NCBI GenBank assembly: GCA_001817425.1
Contig: MHII01000006.1
Location: forward strand, 1 to 56,985
Reading direction: 5' to 3'
Source: Candidatus Buchananbacteria bacterium RIFCSPHIGHO2_02_FULL_39_17
GTDB lineage: Bacteria; Patescibacteriota; Patescibacteriia; Buchananbacterales; UBA6539
Length of the DNA: 56,985 bases
The notes below the pieces were generated by a model. It was not told the DNA's origin and did no database searches. It worked only from the letters and a program-made list of their open reading frames with translations. Position numbers and translations under genes: made by a program. Positions 31,389 through 40,343 of the stretch are shown one piece after another; within the stretch, counting starts at the first letter, position 1, and the number at the start of each line of letters is the position of its first letter.

Positions 31389-31540
31389 ACCTAACACGTT
31401 TTATAAGGCTCGCGCCTTACCTAAGTCTTTCGGCTCGCGGATATTTTGTTCTCGCTTATGTGGTGTCCTCCGGACAATTTTACCACAACGTTCAAACGAA
31501 ACTTCGGCTAGCCCGATAACACGGTCTATCCGATTCGCGA
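31389..31540 (+). repeat. truncated or fused attC-like site E
   Basis: Starts ACCTAAC-ACGTTTTATAAGG; 25 bp (31491-31515) are identical to 29453-29477; the terminal GTT is missing. Confidence 0.55.
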
Positions 31541-31602
31541 GTTAAATTTTGATAAGGCTAAAATTTGACTTATTTATATTTTATCTAGTATAATAAAGGC
31601 GT

Positions 31603-31827
31603 ATGAAAAATTCTTTTTTTACAGTCTATATTGAACAAGACGAGGATGGCATTTTCATCGGATCAGTACCATTAATACCAAGTTGTTATGCCCAAGGCAA
31701 AACTCAAGCAGAAATGCTTGACAATCTACAGGATGTTTTAAGGTTATGCCTTAGAAATATTGACAAGAAAATTTTAGAAAAAACGAAATTTGTCGGAGTC
31801 AAAAATGTAAAAGTCAAACATGCCTAA
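31603..31827 (+). CDS. hicB: HicB family antitoxin
   Basis: IEQDEDGIFIGSVPLIPSCYAQGKTQAEMLDNLQD; overlaps hicA. Confidence 0.9.
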   Translation: MKNSFFTVYIEQDEDGIFIGSVPLIPSCYAQGKTQAEMLDNLQDVLRLCLRNIDKKILEKTKFVGVKNVKVKHA

Positions 31828-32044
31828 ACTCGTACCGATAAAGCCAAAAAAAATTATCAAAATTTTGCTTAAGCTTGGATTTACAAAACGTGATGCCGAA
31901 GGGTCTCACGTATTTTTTAAACATCTTGACGGACGAACTACAGTCGTGCCAATTCATTCTCAAGAAATTAGCAAAGGATTACTTAGAAAAATACTTAATG
32001 ATATCCAATTGGCTGTAGAAGAATACGATAAATTAAGAAAATAA
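31820..32044 (+). CDS. hicA: HicA family mRNA interferase toxin
   Basis: KLGF...GSHVFFKH.DGRTTVVPIH...GLLRKIL. Confidence 0.92.
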   Translation: MPKLVPIKPKKIIKILLKLGFTKRDAEGSHVFFKHLDGRTTVVPIHSQEISKGLLRKILNDIQLAVEEYDKLRK

Positions 32045-32201
32045 AAAAAACTAATTTTTCAATTCCTCTTTTTTCATTTCATTAATACAAAATTCTAGCA
32101 AAGCCTTCCTCCCCTTAAGATAGGGGGGGGGTAGGAGGGGTTATAATTTCAAAACTTCATAACTTCCCTTACAACTCTTAATCTTAAGAGAGGCATTAAA
32201 A

Positions 32202-33356
32202 TTACTCCCCAATCTTAATCTCAATCTTGTCTTGCAGCCTTGGCGTTTTTTTCAGCCAAAATGGTTTGAATTTGATTTGAACAGATTTAATTTGCGGAAA
32301 TTGGGAAAAGTAGGACTGAACTTGTTCTTCGGTTAAACCGGTTAGTTTAGCTTTATCAATTAAAGAGGCGGCTTGGGCTAACACTGAACTGGCCAACAAT
32401 TTAACTTTAATTTTGGCGGTTTTGTTTTCCAAATTATACTCTAAAACTTCGTATTTAAAACTTTTAGGATCCAAATCAACCAATTGTTTTTCCGCCGGTA
32501 AACCGGCTTTGATTTTCTCTCTGGCTTTAGCGATTAAAGCGGGCTCGTCAAAAACCACGACAATCGCTTTTAATTTCATCGTGCCACTAAACTGCGTTGC
32601 CTCGGCGTTGGCTTGAGTATCAAACTTAGCCTCTTCCATGTTGGCCGAGACCAATTTTGGCCACAAAGATTGCTGCTGGTCTAACTGCTGGTTTACTTGA
32701 GTTAAAGCCCGCCGGTAAAGTTGGTCTTTTAAGGTCGCCTCGGCGTTAGTTAAATCTTTTTGCTCAACGAAATTAATGATATTACTGCCAGCACTCAAAG
32801 TTGTTTCATTTTCGGCATAAATTTTATCTTGCAAACCCGCCCACAAACCAGGAATAATCAGGCGGGCTGGTTTCAATTCCTTAAAATTTTCTTTATCCTC
32901 GGCGTAAACCGGCACTTTTATTTTTTTGCCCGCCGACACCGCCACATTACTTTTTAGACGCAAAATCACTTTTTCCGGATTAGCCGGTAAGGCCAAACGG
33001 GTTGAAGCAATTAGCGCTTGCTCTTTTGAATAATTATTGATAATCGTCACCTCGCCGACAATATCAGACTCGCCTTTTTTACTGCCCGTGGCCGTAAAAC
33101 TGCTGGTTTGGGAAACTTCAACCATTTTAATTATTCCCTTAATAATGTCATTGATTTCCAAGCTAGTTAGGCCAACATCTTCTTTAATAATAAAATCAAA
33201 TTCTTGATTAATCTGTTCGGCACTGGGCGCTAAATGAATCGTGACCTTGGCCCAAATCAGATAGCTCGTCAAAATTAAAATCAACAAAGATAGGCTAAAA
33301 AAAACCACGCCAATTTTACCATAAATTTTTGGCAATAAAATATCTTTTTTGACCAT
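32202..33356 (-). CDS. membrane-anchored hypothetical protein (baseplate J-like region common in CPR)
   Basis: TM helix, ATGSK...GEVTIINNYSKEQALIASTRL, C-terminal PFWLKKTP. Confidence 0.6.
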   Translation of the reverse strand: MVKKDILLPKIYGKIGVVFFSLSLLILILTSYLIWAKVTIHLAPSAEQINQEFDFIIKEDVGLTSLEINDIIKGIIKMVEVSQTSSFTATGSKKGESDIVGEVTIINNYSKEQALIASTRLALPANPEKVILRLKSNVAVSAGKKIKVPVYAEDKENFKELKPARLIIPGLWAGLQDKIYAENETTLSAGSNIINFVEQKDLTNAEATLKDQLYRRALTQVNQQLDQQQSLWPKLVSANMEEAKFDTQANAEATQFSGTMKLKAIVVVFDEPALIAKAREKIKAGLPAEKQLVDLDPKSFKYEVLEYNLENKTAKIKVKLLASSVLAQAASLIDKAKLTGLTEEQVQSYFSQFPQIKSVQIKFKPFWLKKTPRLQDKIEIKIGE

Positions 33357-33610
33357 AGATTAATAATAATACTTTTTGTTTGATTAAACAATCTTTTAAA
33401 ACCTCTAACTTATGCTTATATATTAACTAGAGCTAAATTTTAAATAATTCAAATGTTAATTATGAGTTTCCCTCTCCGGTTACAGAGAGGGTTAGGGTGA
33501 GGTGGCTAACTTCATAATCTCACCTCTAACTCCTCTCCCTTGTGGGAGAGGAGAACTATTTTAATTAATTAGAGGGAGTAATAATTGATTAACCTTGACT
33601 TTTTAATTTT

Positions 33611-36600
33611 TTATTCGTATTTCTCCACCCGAAAGGAATCCTTGCCTAAAATTTCTTCGATTTCTGATTTGATTTTGGCGCCGGCATCAACTAAAAAATT
33701 AGTGCTAATTTTTTTAAAGCCAAAACTATTTTTAACTACCAAAACCGCTTTATATTTCCCGTGGTGCTTTTTAAAAATTTCTTTTAGTTTCTCGCCGTCA
33801 GCCGTTAGTAGGCTTGGCGGCAACGTAATAAAAGCGGTCCCGCCAATCAAAAGTTCTTTGGTGTTATCAACGATACGGTGATTAAATTTTTTCGCCCAAA
33901 AGCCATTGCGGCCGTTGCCATTCCCATTAGCGACCGCGAGCTGATCCAACTCTTTAACCACTGAAGAAACATTTTTTACTTCTAATTCTCTAACTTGGTT
34001 GCAGATTAATTTTGCCTCACCGTCTTTATCCGATAAACGGCAGTTCATCATTATGATCTTATCTTCCTGCCAAATATTTTGGTCGGCTTTAAGAATACTG
34101 GGGAAAACTAAAACTTCAATCCCGCTTGAAATATCTTCAATTCGGACAAAAAGCATGGCATCACCGCTTTTGGTAATAATTTTTTTAATTTTGGTAATCA
34201 CCCCGGCCACCTTCATGGCCGAATCGCGCTCATAGTGGTTAGTCGTTATTTCTTTAATCGGCACGACATAATCACGAAGTTGACTCTGGAATTCACTAAG
34301 CGGATGGGCGGAAACATAAAGGCCTAAAAATTCTTTTTCCCAATTTAATTTTTGTTTGTCATCAGCCGATTCAATCAGATCCAAAATTAGTTTTGGAATA
34401 GCCGCGGTCGTGGCCAGCATCCCAAACAGGCTTGATTGTTTAGACTCGGCCTCGGCATTGATATTTTTGATAAAGACCAAAAGCTTATCCATATTATAAA
34501 GCAAGCGATTGCGCTCGCCTAATTTATCAAGCACGCCCGCTTTAACCAACGCCTCTAAAGATTTTTTATTCAAATCTTTAGTTTTAACCCGACTCAAAAA
34601 GTCTTCCAAATTTTGGTAAGGACCATTCGCTTTACGCTCCTTGATAATTTCTTTAATAATATTTTCACCCAAATTTTTTACCGCCGAAAGGCCAAAACGG
34701 ATTTTTTTACTTTCTTTATCCGCTTTAACTTCCAGCGAATCATAAACCACGGTAAAAGTGGAAAAACTTTCATTAATATCCGGCGGCAAAACTTCCAGCC
34801 CCATCTGCCGGCACTCTTCAACCTCCACCGCAATCCGGTCAATATTGCCATGGTCCGCCGTCAAAAGCGAGGCCATAAATTCCGCTGGATAACGCGATTT
34901 CAAATAAGCGGTTTGGTAAGCAATTAAAGCATAACAAGCGGCGTGCGACCGATTAAAGCCATAGCGGGCAAAAGGCAAAATATAATCCCAAATTTGTTTT
35001 GCCACCCTGCGGGTAATGCCATTTTTCATCATGCCGGAAACCATTTTTTCTTCCTGCTCATTTAATAAAGAAGCGATTTTTTTCCCTACGGCTTTTCGTA
35101 AAACATCCGCTTCGCTGTAGGAAAATCCCGCTAATTTTCTGGCAATTTCCATCAATTGTTCTTGATAGATAATAATGCCATAAGTTTTTTCCAAAATTGG
35201 CTCCATCCGTTCATCTAAATAATAGACTTTTTTTAAACCATGCTTGGCGGCAATATAATCAGAAATAAATTCCATCGGGCCGGGCCGATAAAGGGAAACC
35301 ATGGCAATAATGTCTTCTAGCTCCGTGGGCACAAGCATTTTTAAATAGCGCTTCATGCCGGAGCTTTCTAATTGAAAAACGCCGGTGGTTTCCGCTCGCT
35401 GCAAAAGAGCAAAAGCATTTTTATCGCCCAAAGGCAGCTCATCAATGTTAATTTCCAAGCCCCGGGCTTTTTTTAAAATTTCTAAGGTATTTTCAATAAT
35501 CGTTAAATTTTTTAAGCCCAAGAGGTCAATTTTCAATAAACCCAAATCTTCAATGGTGTGCATTTCATACTGGGTGACAATTTCTTCCGGATTTTGGCTT
35601 GAACGCTGGCGCGGCACGTAATTATCCATCGGTTTAGGGGTTACAACCACACCGCAGGCGTGCGTCGAGGCGTGCCGGGCACTGCCTTCAAGTTTTTTGG
35701 CGATTTCGAGTAAGCGCTTGCCGTCCGGATCCGCCATCACCCCTTGAAGGTCAGGAACGGTTTTAATGGCTTGGCCAAGAGACATAAACATGGGAATCAT
35801 TTTCGCTACCTTGTCGCAGTAGTTATAAGGCAACCCCATGACCCGGCCGACATCGCGGACCGCGGCGCGCGCCGCCATTGTACCAAAAGTAATAATTTGC
35901 GCCACGTGGTCCTGTCCATATTTGTCCGCCACATAATCAATCACTTCGTCGCGGCGCGCGTCCGCAAAATCAGAATCAATATCCGGCATGGAAATTCTTT
36001 CTAGATTTAAAAACCGCTCAAAAAGCAAATCATATTTCAACGGATCAATATTAGTGATATTGGTCAAATAGGAAACCAGGCTGCCCGCGGCGGAACCACG
36101 GCCCGGCCCAACCACAATTCCGTTATTTTTTGCCCAATTGATAAAATCAGCGACAATCAAAAAATAAGAGGCAAAGCCAGTTTTGGCAATCACCGATAAT
36201 TCATAATCAAGCCGTTTAGTAATTTCCTCGCTAACTTGATTTTGCCCAAATCTCCTTTTTAATCCCTCCTGACAAAGATCAGTGAGATATTGTTCTTCGG
36301 TCTTGCCATTTGGCACTTCAAAATGCGGCAATAAAGTTTTCCGCAGTTCTAACTCAAGGTTACATTTTTCTGCCAGCGCTAAAGTGTTAGTAATAATCTG
36401 TGGCTGATTTGGCCAGGCGTTTTTCATCTGCTCCGGGGTTTTCATTGAAAAATCCTCGCCTAAATATGACATCCGGTCAGTGTCAGCTAAAGTCTTTTTC
36501 GTTTGGATACAAAGCAGGGCATCTTGAGCATAATCATCATCGGAATTCAAATAATGAATGTCATTCGTAGTGACCACCGGAATGCCTAATTTTTTCCCTA

Positions 36601-37174
36601 AATCAATCACTCTTTTATTAACCTCAATTTGTTTAGTTAAATTCGGATGCGGCTGAACCTCCAAATAATAGTTACCTTCGCCAAATATTTTTAAATAGCG
36701 AATTGCTGTTTCTCCGGCCTTTTTTTCATCAATCATTAAATTTTTGGCAATCTCGCCCTGGAGACAAGCCGAACAACAAATTAATCCCTCATGATATTTT
36801 TCTAAAAGTTCCAAATCAACCCTCGGCCGATAATAAAAACCGTCTAAGTGAGCAATGGTGGTCAGTTTAATCAAATGGCGATAACCGGTTTCATCTTTGG
36901 CCAATAATAAAAGATGATAAGGATTATCATCAATTTTCGGCCGCTTATCTTTATGGCCATTTCGCGCGACATAAGCCTCAACACCCAGAATCGGCTTAAT
37001 GCCGGCTTTCTTCGCTTTCTGATAAAACTCAATTAAACCATACATCACGCCGTGATCTGTTAAAGCCAGCGCCGGCATGCCCAGATCCTTTGCCTTTTTG
37101 ATTAAATCGTCAATTTTTGGCTGACCGTCAAGCAAAGAATAATGGGAATGAGTATGCAGATGAACAAAAGACAT
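33611..37174 (-). CDS. dnaE: DNA polymerase III alpha subunit
   Basis: FVHLHTHSHYSLLDG PHP domain, GPGRGSAAGS, MPDIDSDF, YGFNRSHA, OB fold. Confidence 0.98.
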   Translation of the reverse strand: MSFVHLHTHSHYSLLDGQPKIDDLIKKAKDLGMPALALTDHGVMYGLIEFYQKAKKAGIKPILGVEAYVARNGHKDKRPKIDDNPYHLLLLAKDETGYRHLIKLTTIAHLDGFYYRPRVDLELLEKYHEGLICCSACLQGEIAKNLMIDEKKAGETAIRYLKIFGEGNYYLEVQPHPNLTKQIEVNKRVIDLGKKLGIPVVTTNDIHYLNSDDDYAQDALLCIQTKKTLADTDRMSYLGEDFSMKTPEQMKNAWPNQPQIITNTLALAEKCNLELELRKTLLPHFEVPNGKTEEQYLTDLCQEGLKRRFGQNQVSEEITKRLDYELSVIAKTGFASYFLIVADFINWAKNNGIVVGPGRGSAAGSLVSYLTNITNIDPLKYDLLFERFLNLERISMPDIDSDFADARRDEVIDYVADKYGQDHVAQIITFGTMAARAAVRDVGRVMGLPYNYCDKVAKMIPMFMSLGQAIKTVPDLQGVMADPDGKRLLEIAKKLEGSARHASTHACGVVVTPKPMDNYVPRQRSSQNPEEIVTQYEMHTIEDLGLLKIDLLGLKNLTIIENTLEILKKARGLEINIDELPLGDKNAFALLQRAETTGVFQLESSGMKRYLKMLVPTELEDIIAMVSLYRPGPMEFISDYIAAKHGLKKVYYLDERMEPILEKTYGIIIYQEQLMEIARKLAGFSYSEADVLRKAVGKKIASLLNEQEEKMVSGMMKNGITRRVAKQIWDYILPFARYGFNRSHAACYALIAYQTAYLKSRYPAEFMASLLTADHGNIDRIAVEVEECRQMGLEVLPPDINESFSTFTVVYDSLEVKADKESKKIRFGLSAVKNLGENIIKEIIKERKANGPYQNLEDFLSRVKTKDLNKKSLEALVKAGVLDKLGERNRLLYNMDKLLVFIKNINAEAESKQSSLFGMLATTAAIPKLILDLIESADDKQKLNWEKEFLGLYVSAHPLSEFQSQLRDYVVPIKEITTNHYERDSAMKVAGVITKIKKIITKSGDAMLFVRIEDISSGIEVLVFPSILKADQNIWQEDKIIMMNCRLSDKDGEAKLICNQVRELEVKNVSSVVKELDQLAVANGNGNGRNGFWAKKFNHRIVDNTKELLIGGTAFITLPPSLLTADGEKLKEIFKKHHGKYKAVLVVKNSFGFKKISTNFLVDAGAKIKSEIEEILGKDSFRVEKYE

Positions 37175-37346
37175 AGGTTATAGTAGATTTTTAGAAGCCG
37201 GAATCAATCCTTGGCCTCTAAGGAAAGATAAACTCCCCCTCAAAGTTTAATGATAATTCAAAAGTCAAATCTCAAAAATCAAAAGTTTGGTAACCGCCTT
37301 CGGCGGTTTTTATTCACTTTTGAATTTTAACTTGAAATTTTGACTT

Positions 37347-37652
37347 TCACCTTTTGAATTTTGACTTATTTTTTCTTGCCTCTCTTCCCTGTTTTTCCAT
37401 CAAAAATCCGACCAACTTAATCGCGGAATCGGCGATAACCGCCATATGGTTTGACCCTTTTTCCAATTTTTCTTTAACCAGTTTTAAAATCTTATCAACG
37501 GTTTCCAGTTTTTCCCGGACACTGGTGGTCATCTTGCTGAAATTGCGCAGCATGACAATGACATAATAAAGCGCCCAACAGAAAAATACGGTCAGCCAAA
37601 GCACGGCCAAGGAGATAACAATAAATAATAGATCTTTTGAAGTTTCTAACAT
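37347..37652 (-). CDS. small membrane protein (TM plus coiled coil)
   Basis: MLETSKDLLFIVISLAVLWLTVFFCWALYY. Confidence 0.7.
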   Translation of the reverse strand: MLETSKDLLFIVISLAVLWLTVFFCWALYYVIVMLRNFSKMTTSVREKLETVDKILKLVKEKLEKGSNHMAVIADSAIKLVGFLMEKQGREARKNKSKFKR

Positions 37653-37731
37653 ATTATTGGAATTATGAATCAAGAATTAAGAATTAAGAATTAAGACCTC
37701 CGCTTAATTCATAATTCTTAATTCTTAATTC

Positions 37732-40149
37732 TTACCTTAATCGCGCGCCGAATTTTTTTTCCAAGCTGCTGACGACCTTTTCTACGACTGCCTCAACTTC
37801 CTCGACTTTTAAGGTCCGATCTGGCGCGCGAAAAGTCAGACGAAAGGCTAAACTCTTTTTATTTTCACCCAGAGCCGGACTAACAAAAGTGCTTAAATAT
37901 TCAACTTTTTCTAACAAAGGGTTACTTTGATTAACTAATTCACTGACCTCCTGCCAAGTAATTTTCTGATCAACCACGATCGCTAAATCACGATTGACAT
38001 CAGGAAATTCCGGCATTGGCACATAAATTTTTTGCTTATTAGCCAGTTTCACTAGAGTCGTGAAGTCAAAATCAAGACAAGCGACCGGAAAATCAAGATC
38101 AAATTTTTCTAAAACATCGCTGCGGATTAAACCGAACTGGCCCAAAAAATTATTTTCTTGATAAACATCAAGACCCTTGCCTTTTTCCCAAATTGGGCAA
38201 TTTTCATCAGTAATTTTGAACTGATAATTATTAATGCCAAATTTTTCCAAAAGTAATTCCGCGATACCCTTAACCGCCAAAAAATTATCTTTGCCCCCGC
38301 CAACGGCAGCCGTCAGCCGCAATAATTCTTTGGGCAGTTTATTGTTTTCCGTTAAATAAACATGACTTAATTCAAAAATTTTTAGGCGAGAAAAATTTTT
38401 TTGATTTATTTTGATATTAACTAAAATTTGGGGCAGTAACGTTAAACGCAGATACGCCATCTCTTCATTTAAAGGATTAGCAATTCTGACTGCTTTTTTT
38501 ACTGGAAAATCAAGATCAGTCAAAAGCTGAGCCGAAACCATGGAGTAGTTGTAGACCTCAGTAAAGCCCCAACCCACTAATAAATTTTTGGCTAATGATT
38601 CCCAAGCAAAAGACGAATCCTCAACTAAGCCTGGTAATTCGCCGCTTGGCAACGTCCGTGGCAATTCATCATAACCATAAATTCGGGCAATTTCTTCAAT
38701 AATATCGTGTTGGGCGGTAATATCATTGGCTCGCCACCAAGGCACTTCAAGGTTTAAAATCTTTTTGCCTTTGACTTTAAAGCCAAGCGATTCTAAAATT
38801 TTTCTGATTTTATCTTCCGGAATTTCAAGGGCCAAATACTGCTTAACATTTGCCAAATCAAAATTAATCTTTGTCGGCAACGCCGCTTTAGCGCCAAGGT
38901 CAATGAGAGATGAAGCGACTTCACCATCAGCCAATTTTTGGGTTAACTCAACAGCACGCAGTATCGCCAGCTTCGTGCTGAACGTTGACAAACCTTTTTC
39001 AAATAAATCAGAAGATTCCGAACGAAGATTTATGGCTCGGGTAGTTTTCCTCACCGTCAGTGGCTGAAAATTGGCTGATTCAAAAACAATGGTTTTAGTT
39101 TCAGCAGTCGTGGCTGAAAATTCACCGCCCATCACGCCAGCAATGGCCACGGGATTTTGCTGGTCAGCGATAATTAAATTATTCTCATTGAGATCATAAT
39201 TTTTGCCGTCCAAAGCCATAATTTTTTCACCATTTTTCGCCGGGCGAACAATGATTTTCTGACCATTTAATTTATCGTAATCAAAAACATGCAACGGCTG
39301 GCCCAGCTCAAGTAAAACGTAATTAGTAATGTCAACCAAATTATTAATTGGCCTCAACCCGGCCAAAATCAAACGCATTTGCAACCAAAGCGGCGATGGG
39401 CCAACTTTAACATTAGTCATCACCATGGCTTGATAACGCGGACATAATTTTGGCTCTTTGACTTCTACTTTTAATAACAAATTTTGCTTATTTTTTGTCA
39501 TCCCCGACCTGATCGGGGATCCAGCAGCCTGGATTCCCGCTTTCGCGGGAATGACAAGCGAGGGTTTTGGTTCGCGATATAAAAATTTCTTGCCAAAAAC
39601 CGCGGCGGCTTCCCGAGCCAAACCAACAACCGACATCGCATCCGGCCGATTGGAGGTCACCTCAATTTCCAACAAATAATCATTGAGTTTTAAAGCGTCA
39701 ACAATGGAAGTGCCCGGCGCCACGCTCGCATCAAAAAACATCACCTCATCTCGGTCTGATAAGCCTAATTCACTATTTAAACAAAACATACCTTCCGAAT
39801 TAACGCCGCGGATATTAGCCGCTTGAACCTCGATGCCAGTTGGCAATTTAACCGGCGCCACGGCTACCGGCAGTTGATCACCAACCACTACCTTAGCCAT
39901 TTGGCCAAAAATTAATTCCAGTGGTTTTCTTCGGCCAATATCCACTTTTGCCAGCGAAAGACGGTCAGCATTTGGATGTTTTTCAATTTCTAAAATTTTC
40001 CCCACGACCACGCCACCTAAGCCTTGTCCGATTAATTTAATTTTTTCCACGCTTTGGCTTTTTAATGAAAATTCTTTGGCAAAATCCGTCACCGATTGAT
40101 TCGTTTTAAAATATTCCCTCAGCCAATTGTAAGAAATTTTTAGATTCAT
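37732..40149 (-). CDS. pheT: phenylalanyl-tRNA synthetase beta subunit
   Basis: ISYNWLREY, HPNADRL, TSNRPDAMS, NNLVDITNYV, EEIARIYGYD, FDX-ACB C-terminus. Confidence 0.97.
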   Translation of the reverse strand: MNLKISYNWLREYFKTNQSVTDFAKEFSLKSQSVEKIKLIGQGLGGVVVGKILEIEKHPNADRLSLAKVDIGRRKPLELIFGQMAKVVVGDQLPVAVAPVKLPTGIEVQAANIRGVNSEGMFCLNSELGLSDRDEVMFFDASVAPGTSIVDALKLNDYLLEIEVTSNRPDAMSVVGLAREAAAVFGKKFLYREPKPSLVIPAKAGIQAAGSPIRSGMTKNKQNLLLKVEVKEPKLCPRYQAMVMTNVKVGPSPLWLQMRLILAGLRPINNLVDITNYVLLELGQPLHVFDYDKLNGQKIIVRPAKNGEKIMALDGKNYDLNENNLIIADQQNPVAIAGVMGGEFSATTAETKTIVFESANFQPLTVRKTTRAINLRSESSDLFEKGLSTFSTKLAILRAVELTQKLADGEVASSLIDLGAKAALPTKINFDLANVKQYLALEIPEDKIRKILESLGFKVKGKKILNLEVPWWRANDITAQHDIIEEIARIYGYDELPRTLPSGELPGLVEDSSFAWESLAKNLLVGWGFTEVYNYSMVSAQLLTDLDFPVKKAVRIANPLNEEMAYLRLTLLPQILVNIKINQKNFSRLKIFELSHVYLTENNKLPKELLRLTAAVGGGKDNFLAVKGIAELLLEKFGINNYQFKITDENCPIWEKGKGLDVYQENNFLGQFGLIRSDVLEKFDLDFPVACLDFDFTTLVKLANKQKIYVPMPEFPDVNRDLAIVVDQKITWQEVSELVNQSNPLLEKVEYLSTFVSPALGENKKSLAFRLTFRAPDRTLKVEEVEAVVEKVVSSLEKKFGARLR

Positions 40150-40175
40150 CTTTAGTTAGAATTAGGAATCAGAAA

Positions 40176-40340
40176 TTAAGAATTATGAATATTGTTATTC
40201 CCACGATACATAATACTAATATGACAATTATCACATTCCCAATAAATTCGCTTTCTGCCGTCACGATGTTGCCTAATAGAATCAACCTCTACTTTCTTGC
40301 CACAAGCCGGACAATTGATATTTTGGTTTTCAGTGATCAT
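40176..40340 (-). CDS. 54-aa zinc-ribbon protein between pheS and pheT
   Basis: MITENQNINCPACGKK...YWECDNCHIS...; starts 3 bp after the pheS stop; below the ORF-track cutoff. Confidence 0.6.
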   Translation of the reverse strand: MITENQNINCPACGKKVEVDSIRQHRDGRKRIYWECDNCHISIMYRGNNNIHNS

Positions 40341-40343
40341 AGC

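Larger units (their letters stand above)
28316..31540 (+). mobile_element. integron-like gene cassette array without adjacent integrase (CALIN-like)
   Basis: Five units each begin GTT and end AAC (28330-28651, 28792-29010, 29482-30186, 30298-30814, 30971-31395) and are separated by related imperfect palindromes. Confidence 0.75.

Noticed and set aside
28316..31540. CRISPR array interpretation of the recurring repeats
   Set aside because: Repeats are 125-170 bp and divergent, the intervening units are gene-sized, and no cas genes are present.
32202..33356. Prophage suggested by the baseplate J-like protein
   Set aside because: No other phage genes are nearby, it is membrane-anchored and it follows dnaE.
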